Positions 14,525 to 28,089 are shown, counted from the first letter of the stretch. The stretch is DNA of 64,000 bases from Aplysia californica (GCF_000002075.1 NW_004797821.1:176604-240603); one strand, 5' to 3'. Made by a program: numbers and translations. The notes: generated from the letters alone by a model not told the origin.

Positions 14525-14631
14525 GTATTATAGTAAGAGTTTTACAGCACTTGCAACACAATCAGGTGATATCAGTGAGGAGTATTCAGGGTGTAACAAG
14601 AGAGTAACACACACGCACACACACACGCACG

Positions 14632-14669
<38 letters not shown>

Positions 14670-14752
14670 AAACAAAGAGGAGAGAAAAGGAAGATAGATG
14701 TTTGGGAGAAATTGGTTGCCAACCACATGAGAGCACCTGCCAACCACCCACA
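14525..14752 (-). mobile_element. Family A copy with internal (CA)n; extra 3' tails at ~14838-14895 and ~15110-15165
   Basis: Reverse-complement match to the family A body and tail. Confidence 0.75.
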
Positions 14753-15204
14753 ATCTACCGCCAAGATTCCTCATCCTTGTCAGATTGGAAACCAAGAGCA
14801 CCACAGTGACTATACAACACTTTTTCGGCTCATTGTTTCGGTAAGAGTTTTACGACGCTAGCAACTGCGTAAGGTTATATATAAGAGCGCGCGAAATACT
14901 CACATGCAACCTCCACCTAAAAAAATACCCTTCCCCAGCTCCCAATGTTCAGAAAAAGTCTCGGCTCGCGGAAGCTGTCTCTGCCCTCCCACCTCCCTGG
15001 GAGCTTCCGCGGCAGCCGTACGTGGCCATCTCAAGCAAAGACGAACAAAAGCAGATTACCGATCTGAATCTGTTGAAGACAGGAGATGCACTACGAAATG
15101 TACTGGGATTTTTTTTGTGTGTTTTACTGCGCTCGCAACTGCATAAGGTCATATAAACACGCGGGACACATTAAACATTTTCAGATGATAGGAAATTTTG
15201 AATA

Positions 15205-15466
15205 TTGCCCTGGTGGCGGCCGAAGCCTACTTTTATCGATTTTAGACCACCAAGGGATTTTTAGCGCGCGCAACTTGCACACGGGACCTCCGAGATTTTT
15301 CACCCTTGTCCGAGAAGGCTAGGTGTAGATCTTTTTTCTGTCACGACCTGGATTCAAACCGCGGACCTTTGAACGAAAGTCGAACCCGGGACCTTTGAAC
15401 GAGAGTCGAACCCGGGACCTTTGAACGAGGGGCGAACGCCTTAACCTCTAGGCCACAAGAGCCCCC
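15205..15466 (-). mobile_element. tRNA-derived SINE with a Deu/Nin-like central domain and an internal 26-bp triplication
   Basis: Minus strand reads gggggctcttgtggcctagaggttaaggcgttcgcc (A box) ...ggttcga/ggtttgaatcc (B box) ...cggacaagg...ggtcccgtgtgca. Confidence 0.65.
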
Positions 15467-15490
15467 AAGTTCTGGGATACATCCCCACAA

Positions 15491-16187
15491 ATGTACAGAA
15501 GCTTTCCAGTCGTGCACTCCTTGTCAAGAGCGCAACAGAGCCGGTACTCCACCGCCACAATAATGCAGAGAATTAATGAGACACACCCCGACCTGCGGAC
15601 TACAGGAGTCCTACACGATCTACCTGGAGCAGCAGGCGGGGTCAGACTTCACACAACTGCACTCAACAGTTCTGAACAAAGTGGCGGAGGGTACGGATGC
15701 CCTCCTCCAGATCACCTGCCGTGAGAGGAGGAAGATCTACTTACGATGGGTTCCGGTAATGTTCACCCAGGAGCACATCAGGAAGGTGGTCAGGACCTTC
15801 GCCAAACCGGACACTAACATCGACTTCCTCCCCAGACGTTACGGATCAGATGACAGACACACTGTCCTGGCGGAGGCCGACCCCGACGACGTCCCCCATT
15901 ATGTGAGGATCTCGGGCTGCGGGTCGGACCCTCTCAACATAATGATCACCCTCCCCGGGCGCCGCATCGCCTGCCTCCACTGCGCCCGGGTGGACCACTA
16001 CTCAAACAAATGTCTGGCCCGCAGAACCGACAACACCGACGACACTCCCGCCACCATGACTGCCCCCACCACAACAGAACCTTCAACGTATGCAGACTTA
16101 CTGAAAGGACGACGCCCCACCACCACAAGACCGCCACAAGCCACGACAGAACCCTCGACGTATGCAGACCTACTGAAAGGACGATAG
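15491..16187 (+). pseudogene. gag-like ORF1 remnant of a non-LTR retrotransposon
   Basis: CX2CX4HX4C zinc knuckle (CLHCARVDHYSNKC) after ITLPGRR; duplicated TTEPSTYADLLKGR; probable frameshift near 15600; no ORF2 follows. Confidence 0.65.
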
Positions 16188-16468
16188 TATTGACAAAAAC
16201 ACGATTGTACTCACATTTGAATCGTGTCGCCCTCCAGCCACGAGGGAAAACCAGACAAAAACAAAGGAACTGACAAACAGATTATCTTGCACTCCCGTCA
16301 TGTCGGACATAGCACAAAAACAACAGCTTATCTCTCAATAATTCACTTACAGACAACAGAAAAAAATTAAGCATAACAACATCCTCCCAATTGCCCCAGC
16401 TACACCCTGACACAAGAAGAAGGGACCCTATTTGGTGGCACAGATCTTGCCAAAGCCTCCAGAGCCTT
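16188..16468. repeat. Dispersed ~280-bp repeat (near-identical at 17906-18195, partial at ~20970-21060)
   Basis: Direct sequence identity (attgacaaaaaca...gggaccctatttggtggcac). Confidence 0.85.
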
Positions 16469-16619
16469 GACGTATATTATTTTTATTTTACTTTTACAAA
16501 AACAATTTTTGGAGAATTTTTACCCCTGGTGGTAAGCACAAGTTTGAAATACCTGTTGTTAATAAATAGAGCTCTTTGTACTCCTTTTTTTTGTTGTAAA
16601 ATAGAAAAGACGTGCCAAC

Positions 16620-17751
16620 ATGAGTGCACAGAGGAAGAGGAGGCAGCGGGAGAAACAGACGGTACCGGAGGCAGCAAGAGAGGTGACAGGCAGAGGCACC
16701 ACAGCCACGTAGCAAAAGAGCTGGGGGCATTGTTCGGGCGCTGTTTTCCCTAAAGGAAAAAATTAAATTTTCGAGAAATAAGTTTTCCCTCTGGAAATCT
16801 GATTTTTTGAAAAAGCTACTAAAACAGAGGGATGTAAGTTCGGTGAAGGAACTAAGTTCTTATTATACTAGGGGCACTGCATGTTCTTTTGGGGCTCCCC
16901 ATTTTTTGGAAAGAAATGCCATTGATTTTCCTGGCAAGAAAGGGTCAGTAGACCAAAAAAAGGTCCTGACCAAATCAATGGTAGTTTTTTTCAAAGAATT
17001 CAAAAAAACCCACTCCAATGTTAAGATATCCTTCGCTACTTTTAAGCGAAGAAGACCCCAAAATATTGCTGTCTTCCAGCAGGAAGTTTCTTCAATGTCT
17101 ATGCGAAAGATGCACCAATGTTATGCTCCTTATGGAGGTCTTAAATAAAGAAATGTCTGATAAAATGAATACCATTGAGGCTCTTGTGGAGAAGACTCTG
17201 TGCCAAAATGTGGAGAAAATATGCATTGAGCGACAATGCCCGAACTGTAGAGTTACTTCTCTCATCCAGTCTATTAAAGGGAACATAGAGGGTCTCACTG
17301 TCCTTCGAAAATGGTCGAAGTGGGAGAAGAGTGAAAAGGCCTCAAAAGACCCAGTGTTTCACGAGAGCCCCCTAGGTGAGATCCTCTCCTTACTAGAGAA
17401 GAGTGTTCATGAGATTGCCAAGCATTTAAAAGTCGCAGAATGGCAGGGAAAGCAATATCAATCACTTAAATTCTCTTTGCCCCGGGGTCATGCTATGTGC
17501 ACTGTGGACTTTGCTGAAAATTACTTGTGTAAATTTCAGAACGAAGTCGAGAGTGCACATTGGTCTTACAGCCAGGTTTCTGTACATCCGTGTGTATTTT
17601 TTTATAAATGGAATGAGGCAGACTGTCACAAAATTATTACAGAGTATTTAGTGTTTTTGTCTGAAGAGCTCAGACATGACTCTCATTTAACGAAACATAT
17701 TCTTCATCATTGCATTGAGAGGATGAAAGAAAAGGGTATTGTTGCCCTTCA
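16620..17751 (+). mobile_element. Sola2-like DNA transposase fragment (frameshifted, 3' truncated)
   Basis: CLCxxC, DFAENY...QNEVESAHW...Q..VHP.VFFY...SEELRHD motifs in ORF 17018..17767. Confidence 0.7.
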
Positions 17752-18368
17752 AGTAGTAGTAGTATAGGGTTTTGCAGAAGTTTAACCACTCGAAGGGAGT
17801 CATTTACAGCCATGAGCTAAAAGACTGCGCCATGGAATAAACTGTGGAAAACAGTGAGGGAGTGGTCAAAGCCCGCCGGATTACTCTTTGGCGGGGGGAG
17901 ACCACTATTGACAAAAACATGATTGTACTCACATTTGAATCGTGTCGCCCTCCAGCCACGAGGGAAAACCAGACAAAAACGAAGGAACTGACAAACAGAT
18001 TATCTTGCACTCCCGTCATGTCGGAGATAGCACAAAAACAACAGCTTATCTCTCAATAATTCACGGACAGACAACAGAAAAAAATTAAGCATAACAACAT
18101 CCTCCCAATTGCCCCAGCTACACCCTGACACAAGAAGAAGGGACCCTATTTGGTGGCACCAGGTGGCAGAAATCCTGCCAGTCTCCAGAGCCTTGTCAAG
18201 AGAGGGGGGAAAGACAGCATATAAGCTCATATGTAGTAAGAGTTTTACGGCGCTCGCAACTGCACAAGGCATAAGGTCATATGGAATCCCGGATTGTGAG
18301 AAAACTGGCTCAGGGTGTTGAAGTTGATAAGTAATAAGATTAAAGATCAACTCAGAGACAACATTACT

Positions 18369-18543
18369 TAGGGATGCCACATGATTTTTTTTTAAAACTG
18401 AAAATGAGCGGAGCATCATATCTCACCTAAACCGAACCTTGTGTCAAGCTTTTTAATGAGCAAAAAAAAACCATTCTCCCTTACCTCTCCCCTTTCCTCT
18501 GCAAGTGGATAAAAACGGAAAAACCGGACATTTGGCATCCCTA
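18369..18543. mobile_element. hAT-type MITE
   Basis: TIR tagggatgcca / tggcatcccta; TSD not clean. Confidence 0.55.
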
Positions 18544-18739
18544 GTTACTGAAGTAAACAGGGACGCCTTGGTGATTGACTGAGTAGGTGTTTTACGCCTT
18601 GGTGACAAAGAAAGACATCCGTAACATACAGAAACTACAATCTTGACCGCACTCATAACAAACATTCCGAGGATGCAGTGAGTTTAGACATGTGGGTTAA
18701 CCAGATGATGTCAGACCCGGCTAATCCAATATTATAGGC

Positions 18740-19710
18740 CTACTACAAACCCCAAAATTGTGGTGTTCAAGGCACGTTGATAAATGTTGGAAGGTGCAGC
18801 TCAAAGCACACATACCCCTTTCTGATGTCAATCATCAGACTGCCAACAGCAGTTTGAAAATTCTCCAATCAGACATTGATGAATACATTTTAGCACATCG
18901 ACTATTTTCAGAAAAACCTTGTCGATGGCAGATGGCAACAAAATTACCCTTTGGGCTGCTGCTGTTTTAGAATGGAGCAAATATAAACAACGAGCACAAT
19001 GTTGTCAGAGACAACTACTTCCGCCGTAAACAGAACAGACGGCTTGATTGTCTTCTGACGGTACAGTGGAGTTTTTCCAAAGACTGCCTTGTTCTGGTCC
19101 CCCAGGGAAATGAAGAGTATTTTATATTTTGTCTTTTGCTTTTTTAAAAATGAGTAATACTGAAAACGAACACTTTATTTGAACATATTTCTTTTTAATC
19201 TTAACTGCAGTAAAGAGGTTTGTTTACAGATAAATGTTTCTTCCTCATTTGTTTTTAATTTTAACTGCAGCTATTTGTTTACAAACAAATAGTGTTTCTT
19301 CCTCCAGATTTGTTTTAAATGAAATGTGCTTGCTGCTCCATTGGAGCCCTCAGTGGATAACCGGATCATGACGTATCTTCTGAACACAGTCTATCTCCAG
19401 GCCACCAATCATACTACTGTAGCTCAAACAGTTTTGCAGACAGTCCAGGACTTCAAGATAAACTTTGAAAATGTCAGATTCATCAACACGGACAATGCTT
19501 AATAAGGCATTTACTACTGTCTTCCAAGCTGTATTTCCAAAGGCTGTGCACATTACGTGACTATGTCATGAATGAACTTGTTCGGGGATGCTTTTAAAAG
19601 GCCCTTCAAATGTGTCACAAAGTTTGTGAAGAACATGAATGCAATATTTTTTCATGCAAATGCCAGGAAGGCACGATTTCTGAAACACGTAGCCACCACT
19701 TTGCAGAAAA
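18740..19710 (+). mobile_element. Decayed hAT (CGGBP1-like) transposase fragment
   Basis: Frameshifted translation YLQATNHTTVAQTVLQ...INTDNA...KAF...FPKAVHIT...NLFGDAFKRPF...ARKARFLKH. Confidence 0.6.
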
Positions 19711-20710
19711 AAGATTTTTGTCCATTACAAGAACAACAATTGTCAACGAATTAATCGTGGTTCTGTCATTCTTTTCTTCTATTTTTTGGTAATAATTATT
19801 TAAGTGTGTGCTATAGAAATGATCTACATTATTATTATTAAATTCATGTTTATGTGAAAGTGTTTTTTGCTGATTTAACTTTGTGTTATAACTATACCAT
19901 ACAGGTTTTAAAAAAGAAAGTATCTGAAATTGATCTAAAATACAGATTACAGGTGTATCGAAAGTTTCAAGAGAAAAATGCAACAGGACTTGAACTGACT
20001 GGAGCATATTTCGTAATCTTGGAGGTTGTTTCGTCTTATGCAGTTTTGCGAGCGCCGTAAAACCTCTACTAAAACTAACTAAAATAAAAAAGAGTTTGTT
20101 TCGTAAATCTCACGTCAAGTTTTTGTTTTTAGACTAAACCTAATGGAACTTTATACACTTCTAGATCTTTGCATGAACCAAGTACCAGGTATCTACTAAA
20201 TTTTTTAAATATACATTCATTTAAAAGTTATTACGAAAACCGGGGGTTCCGTTTCTTTTGCGTCACGCGGTATTATATGGTAAATAACTTATTGTTAACC
20301 TACTCGTGTGTTGTTACTAGTAAATGTTGTTAATAAAAATTGTATTTGTGAATCAAGATTTGTTAAAAGGCTATTCTGCTTTAATGCTACTTAAATTGTC
20401 TTGTTTTTAAACTGAAAATTTTAAGCCCATTTTATTGCGCCAGGGATGGGAAGGTTGCAATTTTTTGCAATTTTTCTATTTTAAAAATGCAATTTTCCAA
20501 GAAAAGTTCGATAGATATCGATGTTCCCAGCAGACTATCCTTCCCAGATGAGTCATGTAACACATGTCTTGTTCTCCTCTTCTAATTTCCACAGTATCAG
20601 TCTTCAAGCTGTTTTTCTGCAGTGAGATGGAGAATCAGATCTGCCTATTCTCTAATCAGTACGCCCGGCTGACAGGACCCAACAAACCGGTGACCCTGAC
20701 ATGTTCTGGG

Positions 20711-20925
20711 TATGGGTTTAACGCCCCTATCAACACTATTAGGTTATTTAAGGGGCAGGACCTCCTAGTTTAACGTCCGTCTCCGATAGGACCAAGCCAA
20801 GTGGAAAGTTCCTGTAGAGTGCCTTTCCCAAGGACAAAACGTCGGACCGAGCTGAGGCTTGAACCCCCGAACCCGCAATCTCACGATTACGAGTCCGGTA
20901 GCCTAACCACTAGGCTACCGACGCC
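20711..20925 (-). mobile_element. tRNA-head SINE, family D
   Basis: Minus strand ggcgtcggtagcctagtggttagg...ggttcaagcc...gtccttgggaaaggcac...; near-identical to 22986-23219. Confidence 0.8.
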
Positions 20926-21099
20926 AGTTCAAGTTTGTTGGACAGCTGAGATGGACTGATGTCAAGTCATGGGGGAAAACCAGACAAAAACGAAGGAACT
21001 GACAAACAGATTATCTTGCACGCCCGTCATGTCGGACACAGCACAAAAACAACAGCTTATTATAGTTCATTGTTCGACTACCAAACTTATCACTGTCTT

Positions 21100-22210
21100 G
21101 GTCTACAAAGACATGTTTTCATGGACTATGTGCAGGGGCATATATGATGACCAAGCTGAAATTCAAACAAATTCAGTCTTTTTTTTAAATTATGCAATCC
21201 AGACACCGAGCGAGATGATGATAAGCTAGGGAAAGATAGAGCTAGATTTGCGCACAATTTTTTAAAGAAGGAAATGCAAGTGAAGTATTGGTAACCTAAC
21301 CAGTGTGTTAGCAAAGACGAGAGGATGGTTCAAAAGAAGGGGAGATACAGTTTCAGGCATTACAGAAAGGAAAAATCATCTAAATGGGAAATGATGAAGT
21401 TACGGGTGGTTGCAGATTCAATGACTGGGAACAGTACACATACAATTATGAAGTTTACACAGGGAAAGACGAGGGCACTCGCTCAATGTTTGGATCGGCC
21501 TATGACGTAGATGAATTTGTGTAAGTCATTTAGGTCAAGGTTATAACATCCTTTATGCATGGATAATTTTTATTCTTCCTTTCAGTTGTTTTCTTCTTTG
21601 TGGGAAAAAAGACAACGCTTGCAAAACGATTCAGGTAAATCGTAGAGGCTTTCCCGATGACTTGAAAGATGTTAAAACATTTAATAAACAAACGGAGAGG
21701 GAAGGGATGAGGTGGATAAGGACGGGCTGCATTGGTATAGGTCAGTGGAAAGATAATAAAATTGTAAGCATCATCACCAATACAATTTTCTGTAGGCATC
21801 AATCCAAAACCAATGGTACCTTTCCTGAGATACGCGTCAGTCAGCCTGAGGTCGTGAAAGAATGTCACGAATTTATGGGTGGAGTGGGTCATTCAGATCA
21901 AATGATAGGTAAATATAAAGTTCTCTGACAGAAAAACTACAAAGTACAGGAAGATCTTTTTTTTAACAACATTATTGATATTGCTAGAGTGAATGCCTTT
22001 GTTTTGTTTCAAGTTTCGATGCGCGCATGAAAACGAAATTCCATAATTAAAGAGGCCGACCAAGTATGGACAATCAGATTTTACTATAAAATTACTGAAA
22101 GAATTGGAGAGGCATTACAGGTAACATAGAAGTTCCATTAATTATACATAGAGAAAAGAGTTCCAGACTTTACAGAAATTCGCAGAAATTGTGTAGGATG
22201 CTATAGATTT
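21100..22210 (+). mobile_element. piggyBac (PGBD4-like) transposase pseudogene
   Basis: DERMV.KKGRYSFRHY..EK..KW, QWKDNKIV, P.VV....FMGGV..SDQ and IIDIARVNAFVLF motifs across frameshifts. Confidence 0.8.
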
Positions 22211-22985
22211 AAAACTAAAAAAAGAAATTCAAAACACCATTTCCGTTTTCGAAGGTCAGACAGTTTGTCGTGAAATGTTTCTGTTTGTTCACTGCACGTC
22301 TGTGTAAAACGTTTAAAAAATCTGGTTTTACATTTAAAAAAGCATGGTGTTGTGGAGCGCATTCATAAAGGCTCTAAACAGGTGAGAAGACACGCTCTTA
22401 AAGAAGTAACGGTTGTTGTGGGATTTATTTCTAATTTTGCAGAGGCCAAGGCAAATCGTTCTGCCAGGGAGACAGCCTTATGGAAGAATCATGGAGTTTT
22501 GGGAGGGGGGCAAATAGTGCTGTGTCATTGTTGCATTGGTTTTTTTGGGAACATTTTGGTCTTGATGAGACTGAGGTCCTCTTCCATGCAGGTAATTGTT
22601 GTGGCCAGAGCAAGAGTAACACCACGCGGCAATATATATTCTATTGTGGCGGGTGTTGACAGGGAGGCACACTGCCCTTTCTCTTGGCTGGCCATACAAA
22701 ATGTGCACGTGACTGAGCCTTTGGTCTCATCAAAAGATCATTCAGGGAGATCAGACACTTAGAAGGTTGTGTAGTACTTCCTGACACTGGAGAGGAGAGA
22801 GTTAACTTTCAAAACCAACTGACGAAGAAAGATGACAGGTTGTCTGAGTTACGGCTCGAACCCCTTAGCCCTAGGACTGTCCCTATCTGTTGACATTTAG
22901 ACACCATACTTGACTCGCACAACATCCCACCGCAAGCATATCACAGCCGCTCTTATCCATGCTTCTGTAGCAAAGCTAGAGAGAA

Positions 22986-23219
22986 ATGGTATGAAAATGG
23001 TATGACTTTAACGCCCCTATCAACACCATTACGTTATTTAAGAGGCAGGACCTCCGAGTTTAACGTCCGTCTCCGATAGGACCGAGCCAAGTGGGACATT
23101 CGTGTAAAGTGCCTTTCCCAAGGACACATCGTCGGACCGAGCTGAGGCTCGAACCCTCTGACCCGCAATCTCATGATTACGAGTCCGGTAGCCTAACCAC
23201 TAGGCTTCCGACGCCACTT
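22986..23219 (-). mobile_element. tRNA-head SINE, family D, with TSD
   Basis: TSD agctagagagaa at 22974-22985 and 23220-23231. Confidence 0.85.
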
Positions 23220-23399
23220 AGCTAGAGAGAACAGGAGCTGGGATACACAATATCGAACAGCAGCTGAAAGTTGTGATGCAATCTAAGCACCTCATGTCAA
23301 ATCCAGAACTACTATCCAACGTGCCTTCGACGGGGAAAAAAAGGTGATACTGCAATCAACTCTTTACTACTCCAAAACCGTGGACTTCCCACAAAAACA

Positions 23400-25920
23400 T
23401 TAAAGTGAGTTTTGATATTTGACAATTTCTGGAACGCTGTACCATCTCTCTGGCGGGTCATGGCTGGCCATCACCGCACCATTCGAATGAGTTTCATCCG
23501 TGAGAAGGTACTGAAAAGAAGCACAGGATTTGAAATGCATAAAGATGGAACGACAAGGAAGAAGGTAAAAATTCTGGACACGTCAATCAGTACGGAAGAA
23601 GGAGAAGCATACTCACATACTGTTTGGGTTGGACGTCAGTCGTGTCAGAGACTGGACAAGCAATTGCCGAAGAGACGACAGAAAAGAGTGCCCATTTTGG
23701 CAAGTCTCAGATCACCATGCATCCCATCGTCTGCTTCTACCGAAGTGGTGAAGGACTAGTGAGGCACAGCATGGTGTTCAAGTCAGACGATATATGTCAT
23801 GATTATCATGCTGTGCACCATTTCACTGTGATGTCCTTGGAGGCTTTGGCCAAGACAGCACTCAATGTACAAAAAATGTACATATTCAGTGATGGCTGTG
23901 CTGGCCAGTACAAAGGAAAGGGCACCTTTGCTGACCTTAGCCTGTACACTGGTAACAAAATAATTTCATCAGTTGTGTGTTCTTATCCCTCTCTTTGTCT
24001 TTTCTATGTCGTTGGCTTTTTTTGTTTCAATGTATAAAATTATGCCCTTTTTGTTAATAAGTACCCACATCTCGCATACATGAATTATGACGTACTCTGT
24101 GCCCCTAATTCATCACAACATTGAGATATTTTAGGTACAGTTCTACTGTTTTCCCTTCTCAGGCCAAAAGATACAACGTTTTTCTTTGGGTCGGAGTATG
24201 GGAAAGATCTCAGGACGGTTTCCGACAGGAATTCTTCCTGGTTGGAAAAAATGAAATCCTAAGGTACCGTCCAGAGACTGATATGACCACCATCCCTGGG
24301 ACCCGGAGGATCCACCAGGCGGAGAGGGTCTCCAACTACATTATAAAGACCAGGACGCTGGCATGCTTCTGCCCTGCCTGTCGGAGGGATGAAGGTGGGT
24401 GCCACAACCAGGAGTATGTCGGCACCCACATCATCCACAAGATCCGACCAAGGTGAGGGATCATTTTTTCCTATAAAACTGATGATAATAATAATTTCTA
24501 CCTCTACGGATGTTTGCATGAACTCATTGATACACATGTGTGCGTGTGTAGTGTATGTGTGATGTAAAGCAACTTTTTTTATTTTTATTTTATGAAACAG
24601 CCACCCCAGTGTCCTTGACGAGGCATTTTTGGAGGACCCAGAGCCTTCTACCTACCAGCATGAGGAAACCGAGTCCACCACCTTAGATCCAACTGAGCCA
24701 AGGATTGGAGACTTCGTTTCTATACGTACACAGTTGGAAGGAAGGAACTCACGTACAATGCCGTTGTAAATTTTTCTTTTCTTTGCCTATCATCTTTCAT
24801 TTGTTTTTTCCCCCTGTATGTTTCTCTACCGTGTTTCATTTGGTTTTTTGTCCAAACATTCATTTCTCAACCATGTTTTATTTATTTTTTCAGCTGGACA
24901 TAACTCTGCCATATTGCATTTGTTTTTGTTTAGTTCACCATTTCGCCACCATGTTTCAACTGTACCTTTTCCAGTTGAAAAGTTCTTTTCTATGTTTCAC
25001 TGGGGGTTTTTTTGTTTCCTTTCAGATTGACATTTGTTTACCATGTTTCATTTTTGTTTTTGTTTTTTCAGTTCAACACTTTTTTACCAAGTTTTGTTTG
25101 GGGTTTTTTTTTCAGTTCAATATTTCTATATGTTTCCCTTTTTTTTCTGAAGGCGGATATTTCTCTATTAGGTTCATTTTATGTAATCCACTAAACAGTA
25201 ATAATAATAAATGTTTTACCCTTGGAAATTGGTGTTAAAATCCATGCTACACCTATTTTATCATATGGAGACAGCTGGTGATTTTTTAATTTATTCTCGA
25301 TAAAAGAATAGATTTCTAAAGTCCCAATTTTGATTAAAATCTTTTTTATATGGGTAGATCTCTATAATATAATTCTTTCCATTTCTTTTTTGCAGGTCAT
25401 TCCACCACAAGAAGCTCTAGGATATGGAGAGCTCCTTGTTTCCTTCATGAGGAAATAAGGGGCTTCTCTCTTTCATTTTCCCTCATGTCCCAGAGATATG
25501 TGTTGTGTCGTACACCTCCAGGAGGTAATGGTCCTCTGCCCTCCAACTACAGACAATCGGGGGAGACATTTTTTAGATTAATTCTTTTTTTGGAATGTTT
25601 TTTGTTGTTTTATTTGGTGGGGAGGGGGGTAATTGAATACTGCAATACAAAATTTTTTCAACTGTGGCTGTGTGTTCATGGATTGTGGTGTTTTTTCTGA
25701 AACATTGGATTATATTGGAAATACTGAGGAGAGGTCGCTTTTTTGTTAATTTTTTTTTCCTGAACCTTCGCTGACTCTTTAGTTCACATATTTGAATTCC
25801 CCTTTTAAAGAGCTTCAATTTGATATATGATACATCTGTCTAGACAAAGATTGAAAAAATCACAAAATTTTGGAAAAGTGGGAAATCTGTGGGACCTTAC
25901 GGCGAAATCCGCCTATTCTC
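23400..25920 (+). mobile_element. Second Sola2-like element remnant with apparent introns and right terminus
   Basis: QITMHPIVCFY, SDDICHD, IFSDGCAGQYKGK, PGTRRIH and RTLACFCPAC motifs; the end at 25920 reads GAGAATAGGCGG on the minus strand (GRG-type terminus); left end not found. Confidence 0.65.
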
Positions 25921-26043
25921 AAATTCTTGTGGAATTCCTGGGTCTCAGTGAATCTATGCAAATTCACCCCGTCTAATAGAAAATCTAAACGAGTTACTTG
26001 AAGAGCCTGGGTAACATTTCTGGACTATAATATAATTCCTTAA

Positions 26044-27751
26044 CTCATTGACGACTCGCCGGCGAGGTCAACAAACGCAGAAGACGCGCCGGGTTCTGGG
26101 AAACTGTACCATTTTTTTTAAACCTAAAAACTAATAGAATTTCAAGGGGAATGACTCCTAGTGTCAGTTAAACCATTTATCTTTATTGCTGTTGTGTCCC
26201 TTTGACCATTGGTCACCCGAATTGTCTGCTATAAGCGATCTTGTGAAACACGCTGACCTGACCTACTTTTTATGTAAACAAGAAACATGGCTAGAAGCGA
26301 TCGAGATGATTCAGGAGGGATCAGATAACGACGATGCTCCTTACCAAGCACTTGAAGAGAGTGGTGATGACTTTGATGCTTCTTTTGAAGACCTCAGAAG
26401 CGACGAGGAAGGTTTGATAGTTAGAAGGGATAGTGGGACAAGTGAGGAAGAAGAGGAAATGGGCGTTGCCTCTGGATCAGCTGATCCTGCAAGCCAAGCT
26501 GACCCAAGACCTGGGCCTGGCCTAGCTCGGGAGCTACAACTTCTAGATCTAGACCTTTTCGACCTACGTTAGAGCCAGCTGCTAGCAGCAGTGATGAAGA
26601 CACAGGTGCAGAACGTGGCAGTGGTGGTTGGGAGGAGGAGCAAGATGATGAGGGGATGTTCGACTGGGTGAAAAACTGTCACGGTTTCCCCTTGGAACCA
26701 CCTTTTACTGGGGACAGTGGCTTCTAGACTACTATGGCTGCTGACGCAACTCCCTTCCATTTTTATAAACTGTTTGATACTGACCCTCTGGTCAAGACGA
26801 TCAAGACACCGACGAATCAGTATTTCAGACAATCGTTGGCACAGGTCAGGCCTTCACAGGAGGACACTTTCTGGAGCACATCAACGCTGAGGGCCAGAGA
26901 CTGAAGCGCCTTGCCTGTGTTGTGTGCTACGCAAAAATGATAACAGCTGGTGCGAGCAGAGCAGACCTAAAAAACAAGGCACCCTAGAGGCACTTCAGAT
27001 GCAAATCGAGCCAAAAGCCTCTGTGTCCCACCGCTTGCTTTGAGGCATTTCATTCAATGGAGAACTATGCTTAGTTATCTTTTTTATTTGTTTGACTATA
27101 TTATAATGTATTACATGTATATTATGACATGTAGTGTGTAAGCATGTGTGTGTTTGTGTGTGTGTGTACGTGTGAGTGTTTGTGTGCGTGCGCGTGAGCG
27201 TGCGTGTGTGTGTGTGTGTGCATTCCATGCACCTGCTTCTTCTTTTAGAAGGAAACTGTTCATTGTGTTCCATCTTTGCTCTTTTATCTTGAATTTTGTT
27301 GGTGACTTGACATTTCTCTTTCAGTAGCGGTATTCAGCGAGACTGTATATATGTCCAAAATTCATAAAAACCTCTATAAAAATGGCTGACATGCCCACAA
27401 CTTTTGGACATTGTCATTATTCTTTTCTTACACTTTGTATTACTTGTTTGAAATCATTCTATTTGACTACGGTCAATTTTGACAACCATGTGCTTAGCTC
27501 ATCTAAAAAGGTTTTTTCACGTTTACATACATTTTTTTTTCTCACGAAGAACATAATTTTTCAAAGATTTTGTGAAAATAAATGCATTTTATGTAAATAT
27601 ACATAAATGATCTTACTTTTCGTCAAATTTTATACTTGTACTGTTGTTAGGTTTATCCCACTGATTTTTTTTAAATAGGTAAAAATCATGCGTCTCGTGG
27701 GAAATTCTCGGTCAGGGAAATTCTCGGTGAAAAACTTGCGTCTTCAATGAG
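26044..27751 (+). mobile_element. Internally deleted piggyBac element
   Basis: TTAA at 26040-26043 and 27752-27755; TIR ctcattgacgac / gtcttcaatgag; acidic N-terminus, PPFTG...TNQY and C-terminal CVVC...LC...CFEAFH, with no catalytic core. Confidence 0.85.
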
Positions 27752-28089
27752 TTAATAGTCCCCACAAGGACTGTTACGGTGGTACTCTTAGCAACAAACT
27801 AAACAAAGATGTGGACAGTTCTAACCTACCCAAAGGGAAACAAATTTTTTTTTTCCCAACCTTTCTCAAATATTTTCTCCCAAATTAATGTACAGATGGC
27901 CACTCAAGAACCCTGTCTTCATGTACAGATGGCGACCCAAGAACCCTGTCTTCATGTACAGATGGCCACCCAAGAACCCCGTCTTCCTCACAAAAAACAA
28001 GACCACGTTTAGAGAAGAACATTGACCAAACCCCCCCCCCCCCCAAAAAAAAAGTCATTAAGTATGTGGAGAGAAAGTAAGACAGAAGC

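Noticed and set aside
16188-18195. LTR element or composite transposon around the Sola2-like fragment
   Set aside because: The flanking direct repeats lack TG..CA ends, PBS/PPT and TSD; a third copy lies at ~20970 and the right copy extends to a (CTA)n tail, so they look like independent insertions.
20845-20925. tRNA genes (also 15400-15466, 23125-23217, ~11800-11860)
   Set aside because: tRNA-like heads continue into SINE bodies and tails; no complete cloverleaf.
22352-22762. Possible coding remnant
   Set aside because: No recognisable motif or splice structure in any frame.
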